Shown: positions 17,421 to 27,742 of the stretch, piece by piece
Numbering within the stretch: the stretch's first letter is position 1
How the letters are laid out: each line of letters opens with the position of its first letter
DNA from: a virus
Strand: one strand, 5' to 3'
Virus record (IMG/VR): IMGVR_UViG_3300032322_002570
Coordinates: 9,856-73,855 of that record
DNA: 64,000 nt
Position numbers and translations under genes: made by a program
The notes under the pieces: model-generated
The model's database searches: none
The model's input: the letters and a program-made list of their open reading frames with translations, nothing else
Told to the model about the DNA's origin: nothing

Positions 17421-20400
17421 CTAGGATACCCCCCGCGCCTCGTCAAGATCAGCCTTGAAGACGCAGGCGCCGTTTGTGCACGCGCCATCTTGCTGGGTCA
17501 CGTTGTAGGCTGGATCGTCGTGGATCGACAGCGCTAGGCCGATGTCGTCCGTGATCCGCCGATCCAGCACCTCCTGATGCAGGCGCTCGTAGGTCTCGAG
17601 GTCGATCGGCTCGAACGGCATCCGTGGGAATGTCTGGGAGTCGTCGAAGCGGGCCAGCAGTGCTGCGGACATGTAGCCGCCGTCCTGTTGAATGTCCTGG
17701 TGGATCAGTTTCGCCAGGGTCTCGATCTCCGACTCGCGGATCTCCAGCGTTGCACTGGTGGTGTGGGTCGAGTAGTGGCGCTGGACCTGCATGTATAGCC
17801 CCCACTGGGCCTCGATGGGCAGCCGGCTCAGATCGTGCCTATCGCAGCCCTCCAGACGGGCCCAGGGCACCTCCACGGGGATCTCGACCAGCACCTCATG
17901 GACCCTGGGGTCGTTCACGTCGTCCAGCAGGCGCCCCTCGTCGTCACGAGCCGACTGGGCAGGGATCACGCTGTAGCCGTAGTCCTTCAGGGCACCAACG
18001 ATTGGGTCGGTCTTACTGAAGGTGATGCGGCGGATGAAGCGCTGCGCCTTGGGCGGATGCCAGCCCGGGCTGGCGCCGGTGAGCAGGCTCTTGGAATTGT
18101 GACTCACAATGGCCCCCTGGAAGTACCAGGAGTCGTCATCGTCAACACCGCTCACGCTGAAGTCGTAGGTATAATCCGGCTCAGGATCCCGCTCCACTGA
18201 CGAAACAGTAAACGGCGCGTAGCTAGAGTGCGTCATCTTGGCTGAACGAAGAGGTCTTGCGCGACATTTTTCGCTGAACTTATTCAGGAAGTCCCTTGAC
18301 TCCGGCAAGGTTGCGGCCCTCGACATGACAAGTGACCACATATCCTTCTCTTCCTGAAGACTTTGCCCCTGTGTATTATGAGACACGGTACAGCCAATCC
18401 CAACCGCTTCGGCGATTTGTTGAAGGTTTCGGATAAACGCTTCAGAGGCCATGTCAATCGAGAAGTGCCCTTTGGTTCTCACGCACCCATCGGTGTCGAT
18501 AAGGCCGGCGATGAAGCCAAGTACGGACTCCCGAGAGGACACGCGGATCGCGAGCGGGACTCTTTCCAGCTCTTTACTCTTTCCCTTTTCAAAGCCGTTC
18601 AAGTGCATCCAGTCCCATAGCTGTCGAGAGGCAAGGCAGAACTCGGTCGTCCTCTCCTCGTCTCGAATGGTGCCAGCAAGCCCGAAAAGCTTTGAAGCCA
18701 CTTCCCTGAGCCGTATGGTCACAGCGCTTCCCGCCGGCATTGAGAACCGGATTCGATGACATCTCTCACTCATGCTGCCGTTACCGAACAGCGCTCCCAG
18801 GAAATACGCGAGGTCGGGCGACATGGTGGCTGGTGTGCTAATCCCAACCGACAGCAGTCCAAGCGAGTGCCCGGCAGATTCCCTACGAGCTTCCCTCGTG
18901 TACGCAAAAGCCTCCACCGGGATCAAGGCAGCCTCTGACGTATTGCGGTACTCTCCGAGTGAGTGCTGGATCCTTGACCCAGGCGCCAGGTCCTCGGCTC
19001 GACACCATTCGCCGCTCTCCAGCAGCAACCTGTGATCCGGCGTCAGACGAAGCACTCTCTTGTTTTTGAGTGTGACCCTGATGAGTTCCATCGGCTGGTT
19101 GGCGATCCCGGTCTCGGCACTAATGCCGCCTCTGACGCTAAGCCCAGAGACCTCTGTTTCACCGCTCCCGGGCTCGAGCAGATCGTCGGCGTACAGCAAG
19201 CCTTGGTCGAAGACTCTAAGCGCTGTCCTGTCGAGACAGCCTGCCGGCTGCACCGTGGTATAGCGGTTCGGGATGCGAATGCCCTGGGATAGGCAGTACG
19301 ACCTGACCTCATCGCCGACGATGTTTCGCCAGTGGGTCAGGTACTGGCGCTCCGCTTCGACGAAGGCTCTGCCCTGCTTTGCGGGGCGACCATCCATCAT
19401 CCACTGCAGCCAGGATTCGCCAAAGGCTGTCACAAAGAAGTCGAACAGGCCTGTGAAGCTGACGCCGACGATGGGGTCGTTCTCGCGGCTGTACTGGAGG
19501 CGTTCACTCGGGAAGTGGTGATGAAGCAGACCAGCGACCTGAAGCGCGGCGGCGCGGAATGCGCGATCTTGCGCCGGCTGGTCGGAGGGTTCGATGCGGT
19601 TCAGGTGCACGTCCCCGAGGTTGCAAACATTGTCGCAAAGAAGAATTTCCGCGCATTGGCCACTAACAATTCCACCCGTAAGTGTAAACGAATTATTAGT
19701 TGGGACAGTGCAGCAGTAAACGGCAGGAGCGATTCCGGCGTCCGTGACTGCAGACACTTTTAAGCCTTTGTACCTCATGTTATAGGCACAACGTCTATCA
19801 GAAAGGTCCTTCAGTCTAGTAAACTCTACCAGCCCAGCAAGCTTGATGGCACCAGCCTGGCCGATGCTAAGCCGATGAGACTCTTTGTTCAGGCAGACGC
19901 CGCCCCTGTGCCCCAAGTCGTGATACCGAGCTGGGCGAGGGGGTGAGATTCTGAAGCGAATCCCAATATCGTGGAGCAGCAAGCCCAGTCCCTCCAGGAA
20001 CTCCCTCGAGATCGAGACGATCTGATAGCCGTAGCCATTCTTTGAATCCAGGGTCGTGCCATCAGCGTCGAACAGTCCCGCGATGAAGTCAAGCTGACAC
20101 TGTCGAGTCCAGTTGTAGACCTCCTTGGGAAATTCCTTCTTGTAGACTGAAACCCAGGGTGACAGGTCTTCTTCTAGCGATTTGCCTAGGTTCAGCAGGT
20201 AGCCAGCATCGGATAAGCCAAACCGCTCTCCGGTCACTCGGCCGCTCCGCGCGACGTACTTTTTAACTCCGATCTCTCGCTGTGACTCGACCAGCCTATC
20301 TACGCAAACATGCTTGGGCTCGTACACCTTGCAGACCGGTGTGAACTGACTCTTGTTATAGGTCCCGTCCCCAACAAGAAAACCTTTGAGGTAAGCGCCA

Positions 20401-21923
20401 TTAGCATGGACCTTACCGTTGACACGCTTTTCCGTGGACTTGAGCTGCATGCCAGGCTGGAGGTCTCGCGCCTCGATCCGCGTCCCGTCTTCTAAGATGA
20501 ACGCGTGATACGGAGTGACGGTGTAACTAATTCCGCAATGGAGTTCAACGCGGACAACTGGCTGATCGGTTCCGGTTACCCTGAAGTTGTCAATTTTTAC
20601 CCACCGGACACCGTCGAACACTTCAACCTCCCTGCCAACTAATGACTCGATCGGGAAATGCCCCTGCCTTGTCATAACCATGGTCCCCGGGATAAGGCAG
20701 GGGTTCAATCCGTACCGGTGCATCCTGTGGTGGATGATCCGGTCATTCGTGGGTTCGCCGACCTCTTTCGCGAGCGTCCTGATGTAGTTCGTCGCCGCAG
20801 TCTTGTCAGATCTATTGTACAACTTCAGGAAATGCTTCTTCTTGCCTGGGTCATCGAGCAGGTCGGCGTTTGCGCGCGCAATCGCCTCCGGCACATACTG
20901 GATCGCGCCTTCGCCACTGCCATGCTGCAGCGTCACTGCATCCAGGATCTCCTGGTACGTCGGCTTGTGATGCCAAGTCCGCGTGTGGTTCGCCATGCGA
21001 AGCGCCTCACGCTCCGGGTCCACGCTCCAATTACCATCCTCGTCTTGCTTGTATAGACCAAGCTTCGCGATTGCGGCCTCTTCGTCGTGCTCGCTGAACT
21101 GCCTCATACCCGCTGCGCGTCTAATGCTGCCGGCAACGACGGCGCTCGCAGCCTCGTCAATCAGCAGGCACGCCTCGATCGGCGTCAGCTTCCGCCCGTG
21201 GGCCTTCCCGAGCAGCGTCGTGACCCGCTCCAGGGTGGACCGAAGCTTAATCGGGTTCGACACCCCGCCAAACCCCTTCAGGCGATTTCCAGCCCCCCGC
21301 ACGTGCGTCAGATCAATGTTCACGAAGACGGGCTCATCCTCTTCGCCGCCGACCTCGAGCAGCCCCATCGCTATATTGATCAGTCCCTGATAGGCGTCGA
21401 CCCACCCCTGCCGGGAGTCGCCAACCGTGATGTCGACCGAGGTCGGATGAGTAAACTCGATCCCGGTACTCTCCTGCCCGCCATCGCTGTCGGGATCCTC
21501 CTTGACGGTCCCCAGCACGAGCTTGTGCTTGATCGGCGGAAGCTTGCCCACTACGTCCTGCTGGAGCACGGCGCCGGTGCCGGTACCGCACATGGCGAGC
21601 TCCATCAGTAGGCCGAACTGGGCCGGCTCATCGATGAAGCTCGACTGGCAGTTGTAGAAGCCGTAGAAGTTCTCGGGCTGCCGGCTCCAGTCGGTGCCGC
21701 TGACCCAAAGGGCCCGGCCACTGGGGAAGGCCTGCTGCTGTAGGGCAGCCTCCAGGCAGAGTTCGCGCTGCTCTTCGGTGAAGGAGCCGACCTCCGCGAT
21801 GCCATTCACGGCACGCGTCACGGCCTCAGTGAAGCTCTCCCGGGTGCCATCGTCTTTGCGACGGCTGTAGCTCCGATAGAAGACAGCAGGAGCACAGGGA
21901 GCGGACTCCAGGAAATCTGACAT
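17421..21923 (-). CDS. nrdJ: class II (B12-dependent) ribonucleotide reductase with two inteins
   Basis: VFYRSYSR, PSGRALW, YNC, VAGSIRR, NP|C-AE, TTVQPAG|SKSLL and C-terminal CxxxxC; start ATG 21923 after GGAAGACTA. Confidence 0.95.
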   Translation of the reverse strand: MSDFLESAPCAPAVFYRSYSRRKDDGTRESFTEAVTRAVNGIAEVGSFTEEQRELCLEAALQQQAFPSGRALWVSGTDWSRQPENFYGFYNCQSSFIDEPAQFGLLMELAMCGTGTGAVLQQDVVGKLPPIKHKLVLGTVKEDPDSDGGQESTGIEFTHPTSVDITVGDSRQGWVDAYQGLINIAMGLLEVGGEEDEPVFVNIDLTHVRGAGNRLKGFGGVSNPIKLRSTLERVTTLLGKAHGRKLTPIEACLLIDEAASAVVAGSIRRAAGMRQFSEHDEEAAIAKLGLYKQDEDGNWSVDPEREALRMANHTRTWHHKPTYQEILDAVTLQHGSGEGAIQYVPEAIARANADLLDDPGKKKHFLKLYNRSDKTAATNYIRTLAKEVGEPTNDRIIHHRMHRYGLNPCLIPGTMVMTRQGHFPIESLVGREVEVFDGVRWVKIDNFRVTGTDQPVVRVELHCGISYTVTPYHAFILEDGTRIEARDLQPGMQLKSTEKRVNGKVHANGAYLKGFLVGDGTYNKSQFTPVCKVYEPKHVCVDRLVESQREIGVKKYVARSGRVTGERFGLSDAGYLLNLGKSLEEDLSPWVSVYKKEFPKEVYNWTRQCQLDFIAGLFDADGTTLDSKNGYGYQIVSISREFLEGLGLLLHDIGIRFRISPPRPARYHDLGHRGGVCLNKESHRLSIGQAGAIKLAGLVEFTRLKDLSDRRCAYNMRYKGLKVSAVTDAGIAPAVYCCTVPTNNSFTLTGGIVSGQCAEILLCDNVCNLGDVHLNRIEPSDQPAQDRAFRAAALQVAGLLHHHFPSERLQYSRENDPIVGVSFTGLFDFFVTAFGESWLQWMMDGRPAKQGRAFVEAERQYLTHWRNIVGDEVRSYCLSQGIRIPNRYTTVQPAGCLDRTALRVFDQGLLYADDLLEPGSGETEVSGLSVRGGISAETGIANQPMELIRVTLKNKRVLRLTPDHRLLLESGEWCRAEDLAPGSRIQHSLGEYRNTSEAALIPVEAFAYTREARRESAGHSLGLLSVGISTPATMSPDLAYFLGALFGNGSMSERCHRIRFSMPAGSAVTIRLREVASKLFGLAGTIRDEERTTEFCLASRQLWDWMHLNGFEKGKSKELERVPLAIRVSSRESVLGFIAGLIDTDGCVRTKGHFSIDMASEAFIRNLQQIAEAVGIGCTVSHNTQGQSLQEEKDMWSLVMSRAATLPESRDFLNKFSEKCRARPLRSAKMTHSSYAPFTVSSVERDPEPDYTYDFSVSGVDDDDSWYFQGAIVSHNSKSLLTGASPGWHPPKAQRFIRRITFSKTDPIVGALKDYGYSVIPAQSARDDEGRLLDDVNDPRVHEVLVEIPVEVPWARLEGCDRHDLSRLPIEAQWGLYMQVQRHYSTHTTSATLEIRESEIETLAKLIHQDIQQDGGYMSAALLARFDDSQTFPRMPFEPIDLETYERLHQEVLDRRITDDIGLALSIHDDPAYNVTQQDGACTNGACVFKADLDEARGVS
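18096..19238 (-). mobile_element. intein 2 in NrdJ (LAGLIDADG), 381 aa
   Basis: QPAG|CLDRTA ... LTPDH ... IAGLIDTDG ... TYDFSV ... SHN|SKSLL. Confidence 0.93.
19656..20699 (-). mobile_element. intein 1 in NrdJ (LAGLIDADG), 348 aa, Gln C-terminus
   Basis: LNP|CLIPGT ... VTPYH ... GFLVGDG ... IAGLFDADG ... VYCCTV ... SGQ|CAEI. Confidence 0.92.
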
Positions 21924-21970
21924 TGATAGGCAAAGCAAGAGTTAGTCTTCCGCTTTCGCGGGCGTCGATT

Positions 21971-22225
21971 CTACCCCAGATCGCGGGATTCTGCGACTTT
22001 CTGCCAGGGCTCGGGCAGGTTCTGGAACATGGTGCCGCGAAGTGCGGCGCGCGCTGTCACCCAGGCTCGCAACAGGTCAATCGCGTGGTTGCGAAGCGCG
22101 TCTGGATCGCGGCACTCCTGCAAAGCGCGAACCATGCTTTCCTGCTGAAAGCGCTCGGCCATGGTGAGCTCAAAGGCGGGATTCGGTTCCAATCTAAAAT
22201 GTGCAAGGCCAGCGAACTCTAGCAT
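21971..22225 (-). CDS. NblA-like small helical protein (putative phycobilisome degradation adaptor)
   Basis: ELTMAERFQQESMVRAL...DLLRAW helix-loop-helix pattern resembling NblA LS/TxEQxF. Confidence 0.45.
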   Translation of the reverse strand: MLEFAGLAHFRLEPNPAFELTMAERFQQESMVRALQECRDPDALRNHAIDLLRAWVTARAALRGTMFQNLPEPWQKVAESRDLG

Positions 22226-22227
22226 AC

Positions 22228-22404
22228 CTAGGTCCCGGGCTCCCGCAGCGGAACCCCCTTCAACCTGTCAACATGGGCCACGATTCCCTCGTAGACACGT
22301 TTCCACTCCGGATGCCTGTGGCTGTACAGGCGAAGCGTATCCAGCGCATCCAGGAACGCGTCTTCGGTCGGGTCCTCAACGAGGACGTCGCGGATGATAG
22401 CCAT
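22228..22404 (-). CDS. hypothetical protein
   Basis: 58-aa ORF beginning MAIIRDVL. Confidence 0.45.
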   Translation of the reverse strand: MAIIRDVLVEDPTEDAFLDALDTLRLYSHRHPEWKRVYEGIVAHVDRLKGVPLREPGT

Positions 22405-22432
22405 GGCCGACAGGCGTGTCCGTAGGATGCCG

Positions 22433-24010
22433 CTACAGTAGCGCACCACCCAGGTCAGCAAGCTTCGTCGTGACGTACTCCACAGCGGCCGGCTCGGCAC
22501 TAAGCGAGATCGTCGGCCTGACCAGTGGCCTGACGACCCTGCTGTAGCGCTGTTCGGAGACCGCCAGGATCGCCATCGCTTCACGGGGGCCGAACTCCGG
22601 CGAGAACTGCTCAAGATCCGACAGGCGGCGCCAGAACCAGACGTGCGCCGCACCAGCCAGAAAGCCCATCAGCGGGCGCAGCGTCTGCCTGAGGTGCGGG
22701 TAGTGGACGTACAGCCGCAGTGCTCGGCGTTCCACCTGGAACCTGACCCACTGCGGATCGGGCCTGGACCAGGCCGCATAGTGCGAGATCGTCGGCAGCC
22801 CAGAGATCCACCCCTTGGCCAGGGACGAGGCCGCCTCAGGCGTGGCCGCCAGCACCGCCGAGGCCTTGTCGACGTAGTGCTGCCTGAGGGCGGGCGACCT
22901 GATGGACTCTACCAGGTTGCGAATTGCCGTCTCTGCTGCAGAGAACTTCTTGGTGTCGGTCCTGTCAAGTCCGGCCAGCCAGGAGTCGATCTGCCAGTCG
23001 AGCCACGGCACCGCCGCCTCGATGATGCCGCCGAAGTCCATGCCAGCGTCGACGCAGTCAGCCGGATCCATCCCATCCGGGAGTTTGGCGATGCTGATGT
23101 TCGCTTCGCCCTTGCACGCGAACGGGCCGATCGCTGACACCGCCCGAGCAGTGGCGCTGGCGCCACCCTTATCGGCGTCCATGCAGAGCACGAAGTTCGA
23201 ACACTTCAGCATGAGCCTCTTGACGGCGGCCTCGCTTGGTATCGCCGTGCCCTGCAGTGCAACGACATTGCAGTGCCCAGCGCACCACAGCCGAATCACG
23301 TCAAGCTGCCCTTCGACTATCACCATGAAGCCAGCGTCCCTGGCAGCCTCCCAGGCCCTATGCTCATTGAAGAAAAGGCTTGACTTCTTGAAGATCTCAC
23401 TGTCTTTCGAGTTGATGTACTTCTCCTTGCCGGAGTAAAGCGGATCGATGACACGCTTCGAAAACCCAACAATCCTGCCGGCGTGATCGTGGATCGGAAT
23501 CGTGATTCTGCCACCGTCTGGGGCCCCGGCGTCCCATCCAAGCTCGAAGAATCGGCTGGCCTCTGCTGTCAGGCCGCGACCGAGTATCCAATCACGGGCC
23601 GATTCTCCAGTCCTGGAGCGAATTGCCTTCCGGTAGCGCTCATGCGCCCTGGTCAGCGACGAACGCTCTGACTCGATCCTGGCGCGACGTTGCCTCTGCG
23701 CCTCCTGGTCCTCGTCGTCCCTCAGGATCTCGACCGAGTGCTTCTCGGCGATGCGCTCGACAGCCTCTGCAAACGACAGTGAGAACTTCTGCTTCACGAA
23801 GTCGATCCCGTCCTTGCCACCGCCGCAGGCAAAGCAGAAGCAGATTCCCTTGGCGTCGTTGATCGTCAGCGACGGGTTGGTGTCGTTGTGCCACGGGCAC
23901 AAGGCGACCGCTTCACGGCCAACCTTCTTGAACGCGATCCCCTCCGACTCCAGGATCGCCGTGATCGGGACTGCCCTTACGGCCTCGATGGTGCCCTGTG
24001 AGATGCTCAA
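22433..24010 (-). CDS. dnaG: DNA primase (CHC2 zinc finger + TOPRIM)
   Basis: CPWHND..PS...CFAC, KYINS, VEGQLDV and DADKGG. Confidence 0.93.
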   Translation of the reverse strand: MSISQGTIEAVRAVPITAILESEGIAFKKVGREAVALCPWHNDTNPSLTINDAKGICFCFACGGGKDGIDFVKQKFSLSFAEAVERIAEKHSVEILRDDEDQEAQRQRRARIESERSSLTRAHERYRKAIRSRTGESARDWILGRGLTAEASRFFELGWDAGAPDGGRITIPIHDHAGRIVGFSKRVIDPLYSGKEKYINSKDSEIFKKSSLFFNEHRAWEAARDAGFMVIVEGQLDVIRLWCAGHCNVVALQGTAIPSEAAVKRLMLKCSNFVLCMDADKGGASATARAVSAIGPFACKGEANISIAKLPDGMDPADCVDAGMDFGGIIEAAVPWLDWQIDSWLAGLDRTDTKKFSAAETAIRNLVESIRSPALRQHYVDKASAVLAATPEAASSLAKGWISGLPTISHYAAWSRPDPQWVRFQVERRALRLYVHYPHLRQTLRPLMGFLAGAAHVWFWRRLSDLEQFSPEFGPREAMAILAVSEQRYSRVVRPLVRPTISLSAEPAAVEYVTTKLADLGGALL

Positions 24011-24651
24011 CGATTTTCGACGAACTTGCGGAAACGAACAGCGAGCGCCGACGGCGGGCGGCGCAGGCGACCCCGACTGTACTCCTCCAATTGCCGTCTG
24101 AGGACCGGTGGCATCGCCTCGATCAGCGCCTCAGCCTCTCGCTCGTAGGAGGATAGGTCAAAGGCCTCTTCGGCTTCTAGCGCCTTTCCTGGCAGCGAGT
24201 GGTCTTTCAGTTCCAGCGGTGGGCCAGAGCACGCAAGCATCACGTCCTGCCATTCTTCGGCGTCGATCTCGAGCTTAGCACAGATCTGCTCGTCCGTGGC
24301 ACCCTCCAGGATCATTCTGCGCCCTTTGACCCAGAGCTCTCGCATCCGGTGGGACAGGCGCATGGAGTAGGTGCGGTCCCTGATGTAGTGCAGGATCGCG
24401 CCGCGAATGTATGGAACAGCGAGCGACGAGAACCGCATCGTTCGGCCGGTGCGCACGCTGACCAGGCCGGCATCGTACTTGGCCGCCGCCTGGCATAGGC
24501 CCTCGAATGCAGCGCTCTGCAGGATCGAGAACTCGATGCCGGTCGATCGCTGGTAGCGCCAGGCGATCTCCCGTGCCAGGTTGATGTTATCGGCAGCAAG
24601 CTTCTGCTGCTCGCGTGTCAGCCTGAAGTCTGGCTCTCTCTTTGCTGCCAA
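24007..24651 (-). CDS. RNA polymerase sigma factor, SigF/SigB-like
   Basis: NINLAREIA, GLCQAAAKYD, FSSLAVPYIRGAILHYIRD (region 2). Confidence 0.88.
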   Translation of the reverse strand: MAAKREPDFRLTREQQKLAADNINLAREIAWRYQRSTGIEFSILQSAAFEGLCQAAAKYDAGLVSVRTGRTMRFSSLAVPYIRGAILHYIRDRTYSMRLSHRMRELWVKGRRMILEGATDEQICAKLEIDAEEWQDVMLACSGPPLELKDHSLPGKALEAEEAFDLSSYEREAEALIEAMPPVLRRQLEEYSRGRLRRPPSALAVRFRKFVENR

Positions 24652-24652
24652 T

Positions 24653-26194
24653 TCACCAAAGCGATAGTTCCGGAGCGTCCTGGATAAGCCTGGAACCCCT
24701 CCCCCATCTTACCCCCATAATCTGCGCTGGGGTTCTTTGGTTCATGTAGTTGATTGCCTGGGCCACGCTGTCGCAAATGTCGTCGTTCTTGACGGCCGGA
24801 AACAGGTTGAATTCATTCAAGAACTCATCAAGCCATGGCGCGTGCTTTGGCAGGTAGACGTTGCCGGCCTCGACGGTCGGCACGATACCCATCAGCCTGA
24901 ACTCTTTCTTGACGTCTTTGGGCTTGTAGCCGATCAGGCCTGGGATCCGAGACTGCAACGTCTGGAAGGCGGCGTGACCGTTAGCAGCCAATTCGATGAT
25001 GGTACCGCTGACCTGGTACTCGCGTTCAGCGGCATTCCGTTGCGCTGTCAGGATCATGCCAAGCGTGTCCTGGAAGTCCGCACGCCTGCGCAGCATATCC
25101 AGGACGTAGTACTTCACGCCAGACTGGCCGATTGTCGTGACAACAACAAAGTCAGAATCGTCGTTGTCGACGAAGGTGCAGTCGACGCTGATCATGATCC
25201 TATCCATCACCGGCAGCTCCTGGCGGTCTTTGTAGTACTGCCACCACGAGGACTGGAACATGTTGCCCTCTTCCGGTGCCGGGCGCTGCTGGTACTGGGA
25301 TGACCATTCCCTTGGGCCAATCGTCTGGCGGATCATCTCGAGGTCTTTCTCGTCGTAGCGCTGGGGGCACAGAGAAATGCCAGCCTTTTCGCGCCAGTCA
25401 GGCACGACCTCGCAGTTCGACGGCAGTGGTGGGCGTGACCCAGGCTCCTCCGACAGGGCGGGCCAGTCGATGATCGTCCAGTTTTGTCTCAGGTGCGCCG
25501 GCGCATTCCTCTCGGCTTCCAAGAGGCGGCCGGTCAGGTCGTTCTCGCTCCACCTGGTGGCAACGACAACGATGGTGCCGTACTCAGGCTCCAGTCGTTG
25601 ATAGAGCGAGCCGGTGTAGAAGCCCCATAGCTTGCTCATCGATAGCTTGCTGTCGGCATCAAGCCTGCTTGCCACCGTGTCATCACAGATCAGCAGACCA
25701 CCCGAGCGGCCCACGACGGTACCTCCGACACCTGTGGCCCAGCAGCCACCGCCAGACATGGTGTCCCACCTGGTGGCGGCCTTACTGTCGGGCTTCAGGA
25801 TGCCGCCGGCCTGCGTGTAGTAGTCTCTGGCGTTCCTGCTGAAGCCCTCTGCGAGCTCTTTTGAGTAGCTCAGGATGCCAACATAGCGCTCAGGGTGAGC
25901 TAGTAGATAGGCAGCAGGCAGCAGTCTGGAAGACAGTTCGCTCTTGCCGAATCGTGGCGGTGCGCTGACAATCAGCCTCTTGCAGTCGCCATCGATCACA
26001 CGCTGCAATTGCATGATCAACTCAGCGTGAAACCTATAGAACCTGTACCTCGGATTTACGTCCTTGATGACCTTGTGGAAGATGACATTCTTCCCGTCAG
26101 ATATGGTCTTCGCCTTGGCCTGCTTGAGCTCGCGCGCGAGGCCAATCGTTCCACCGGCCCGCTCAAGAAAGCGCGCGCCAACCTGATTAGGCAT
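24653..26194 (-). CDS. terminase large subunit
   Basis: PPRFGKS Walker A, LICDD, TRWSENDL, QYQQRP, SVD and NDDICDS nuclease motifs. Confidence 0.93.
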   Translation of the reverse strand: MPNQVGARFLERAGGTIGLARELKQAKAKTISDGKNVIFHKVIKDVNPRYRFYRFHAELIMQLQRVIDGDCKRLIVSAPPRFGKSELSSRLLPAAYLLAHPERYVGILSYSKELAEGFSRNARDYYTQAGGILKPDSKAATRWDTMSGGGCWATGVGGTVVGRSGGLLICDDTVASRLDADSKLSMSKLWGFYTGSLYQRLEPEYGTIVVVATRWSENDLTGRLLEAERNAPAHLRQNWTIIDWPALSEEPGSRPPLPSNCEVVPDWREKAGISLCPQRYDEKDLEMIRQTIGPREWSSQYQQRPAPEEGNMFQSSWWQYYKDRQELPVMDRIMISVDCTFVDNDDSDFVVVTTIGQSGVKYYVLDMLRRRADFQDTLGMILTAQRNAAEREYQVSGTIIELAANGHAAFQTLQSRIPGLIGYKPKDVKKEFRLMGIVPTVEAGNVYLPKHAPWLDEFLNEFNLFPAVKNDDICDSVAQAINYMNQRTPAQIMGVRWGRGSRLIQDAPELSLW

Positions 26195-26814
26195 TACTCT
26201 TCAATTTCGAACTCGTATGGGTCTTCACTCTCGTTGAGCTCTTCGATTCGGACCTTCTCAACCTCCTCTTCGACAACGCTCAGGAGCTCGTTGACTCCCA
26301 GGGCCGCGCCCCATGATTCCCTGGACTGTTCATTCAGGCCAGCAGCAGCCCGCAGCAGGCCGCCCACCAGGCTGATCGGGATCTCTTCGTCATTCTCCTC
26401 TGCCTTTGCAATCCGTTTCCCCAAGACGCGCACCAGGTCTTCGGAGACCCGGGACATCATCCTGGCCTGGCGTTCAGCGGCGTTTCTGAACTCGACAATC
26501 GATTGCTTGTGCTGATTGCGCTTGTCGTTCTCCGTCTCGCGCATGGCGAGGGCCATTTGTTGTTTATCCCAGGCAGCAGCCCGCCGCTCCCATTGGAACT
26601 TGTGAGCCCACTTGACAACAGTGGCCGGCGAGTGCCCACGTTCCTCCGCCACGCGCTGCAGGCTACGCTTGCCAGCAAGCTGCACATATAACTGAAAAGC
26701 CGCGTACTGATCAGCGGACTCATGCTGACCAGCACGCGCCACCTTGTAGCCGCGTCTGAAGTTGTAGATCGGACCGGGCGTTCGCGGCGGTGGCTTAGCC
26801 TCTCTGAACTCCAA
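26194..26814 (-). CDS. terminase small subunit-like (HTH + coiled coil)
   Basis: YAAFQLY...RSL..VA...W...FQWERRAAAWD; directly upstream of terL. Confidence 0.7.
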   Translation of the reverse strand: MEFREAKPPPRTPGPIYNFRRGYKVARAGQHESADQYAAFQLYVQLAGKRSLQRVAEERGHSPATVVKWAHKFQWERRAAAWDKQQMALAMRETENDKRNQHKQSIVEFRNAAERQARMMSRVSEDLVRVLGKRIAKAEENDEEIPISLVGGLLRAAAGLNEQSRESWGAALGVNELLSVVEEEVEKVRIEELNESEDPYEFEIEE

Positions 26815-26858
26815 ACCTGACCATTGCCGGGGTCAGGCTATGGTTCCAAAACGCAGTT

Positions 26859-27461
26859 CTAGGCGAACCACTCGGATCCTTCCAGCCAGTTTACCGCTAA
26901 CTGATGGATGTGCGCGTGGTACTCTTCGATGGTACCATTGTTTTCAACGTCAACCGAGATAATACGAGGTAGCGAGATGTAGCCACGACTGTCGCCAGCA
27001 TACGTCTTGCCATCCCTGTGTACGCGCACCAGGAGGACATTGTCTGCGCCGAACTGGTCGATGATCGGCAGCGCTTCGGACGCGAAGCCACTGTCGCTGC
27101 AGACAACCAGACGCGACAGGAAGGAGCGCCTGCGCAGGCGTCGTGCCGAGAGTTTGCCGAAGATCGCCTCGTCTGCATGGAACCACTTGGCCCAGTCCTC
27201 GCTGAGCGAGATCTGCGCCTCGACGTAGCTCTTGCCGAACAGCAGGTCGCTCGGCTGCGTCTTGATCGACTCGAGGTGCGCGACCTCCTCATCGGTTAGG
27301 TCGTAGAAGACCTGCACGGCGGCCTTGAGTGGCTTGCTTTGCTTAAAATGCGATGCCCCCAGGGCTTTCTCGCAATAGAGAGCAGCGGTGTCCTTGCCGC
27401 TGTGACGCGGACCGTTGAAGAAGATGACGCGGTGGTCGGACAGTGACTCAAGTGCGGTCAT
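26859..27461 (-). CDS. deoxynucleotide monophosphate kinase
   Basis: FNGPRHSGKDT, PLK, SDSGF..E and DSR motifs. Confidence 0.8.
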   Translation of the reverse strand: MTALESLSDHRVIFFNGPRHSGKDTAALYCEKALGASHFKQSKPLKAAVQVFYDLTDEEVAHLESIKTQPSDLLFGKSYVEAQISLSEDWAKWFHADEAIFGKLSARRLRRRSFLSRLVVCSDSGFASEALPIIDQFGADNVLLVRVHRDGKTYAGDSRGYISLPRIISVDVENNGTIEEYHAHIHQLAVNWLEGSEWFA

Positions 27462-27673
27462 AGTATGGGCGCATTCGGGTAAATGATAGCAGAAACGCCC
27501 CGGATGCGGGGCGAATTGCGCCGCTCGCGGAAGATAGGGTCGGTGCCCTCGGGGAAGGATGACAGGTAGACCTGGAACAGGTCTCCGGCGTCGGCCTTGA
27601 AGAAATACTGGTGCTGGGCGGTGAGCGTCGCCAGTTGCTGGTGGACGGCGTCGGCGAATACCTTGAAGGTCAT
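27458..27673 (-). pseudogene. probable N-terminal fragment of a larger phage protein
   Basis: LFQVYLSSFPEGTDPIFRER resembles the N-terminus of a much longer phage protein family; ORF stops shortly afterwards. Confidence 0.4.
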
Positions 27674-27742
27674 GGGCGTGATACTCGATGGGATGGGCCC
27701 CTCTGGGGTTGCCATTTGAGAATCGTACCACAGACACAACAA

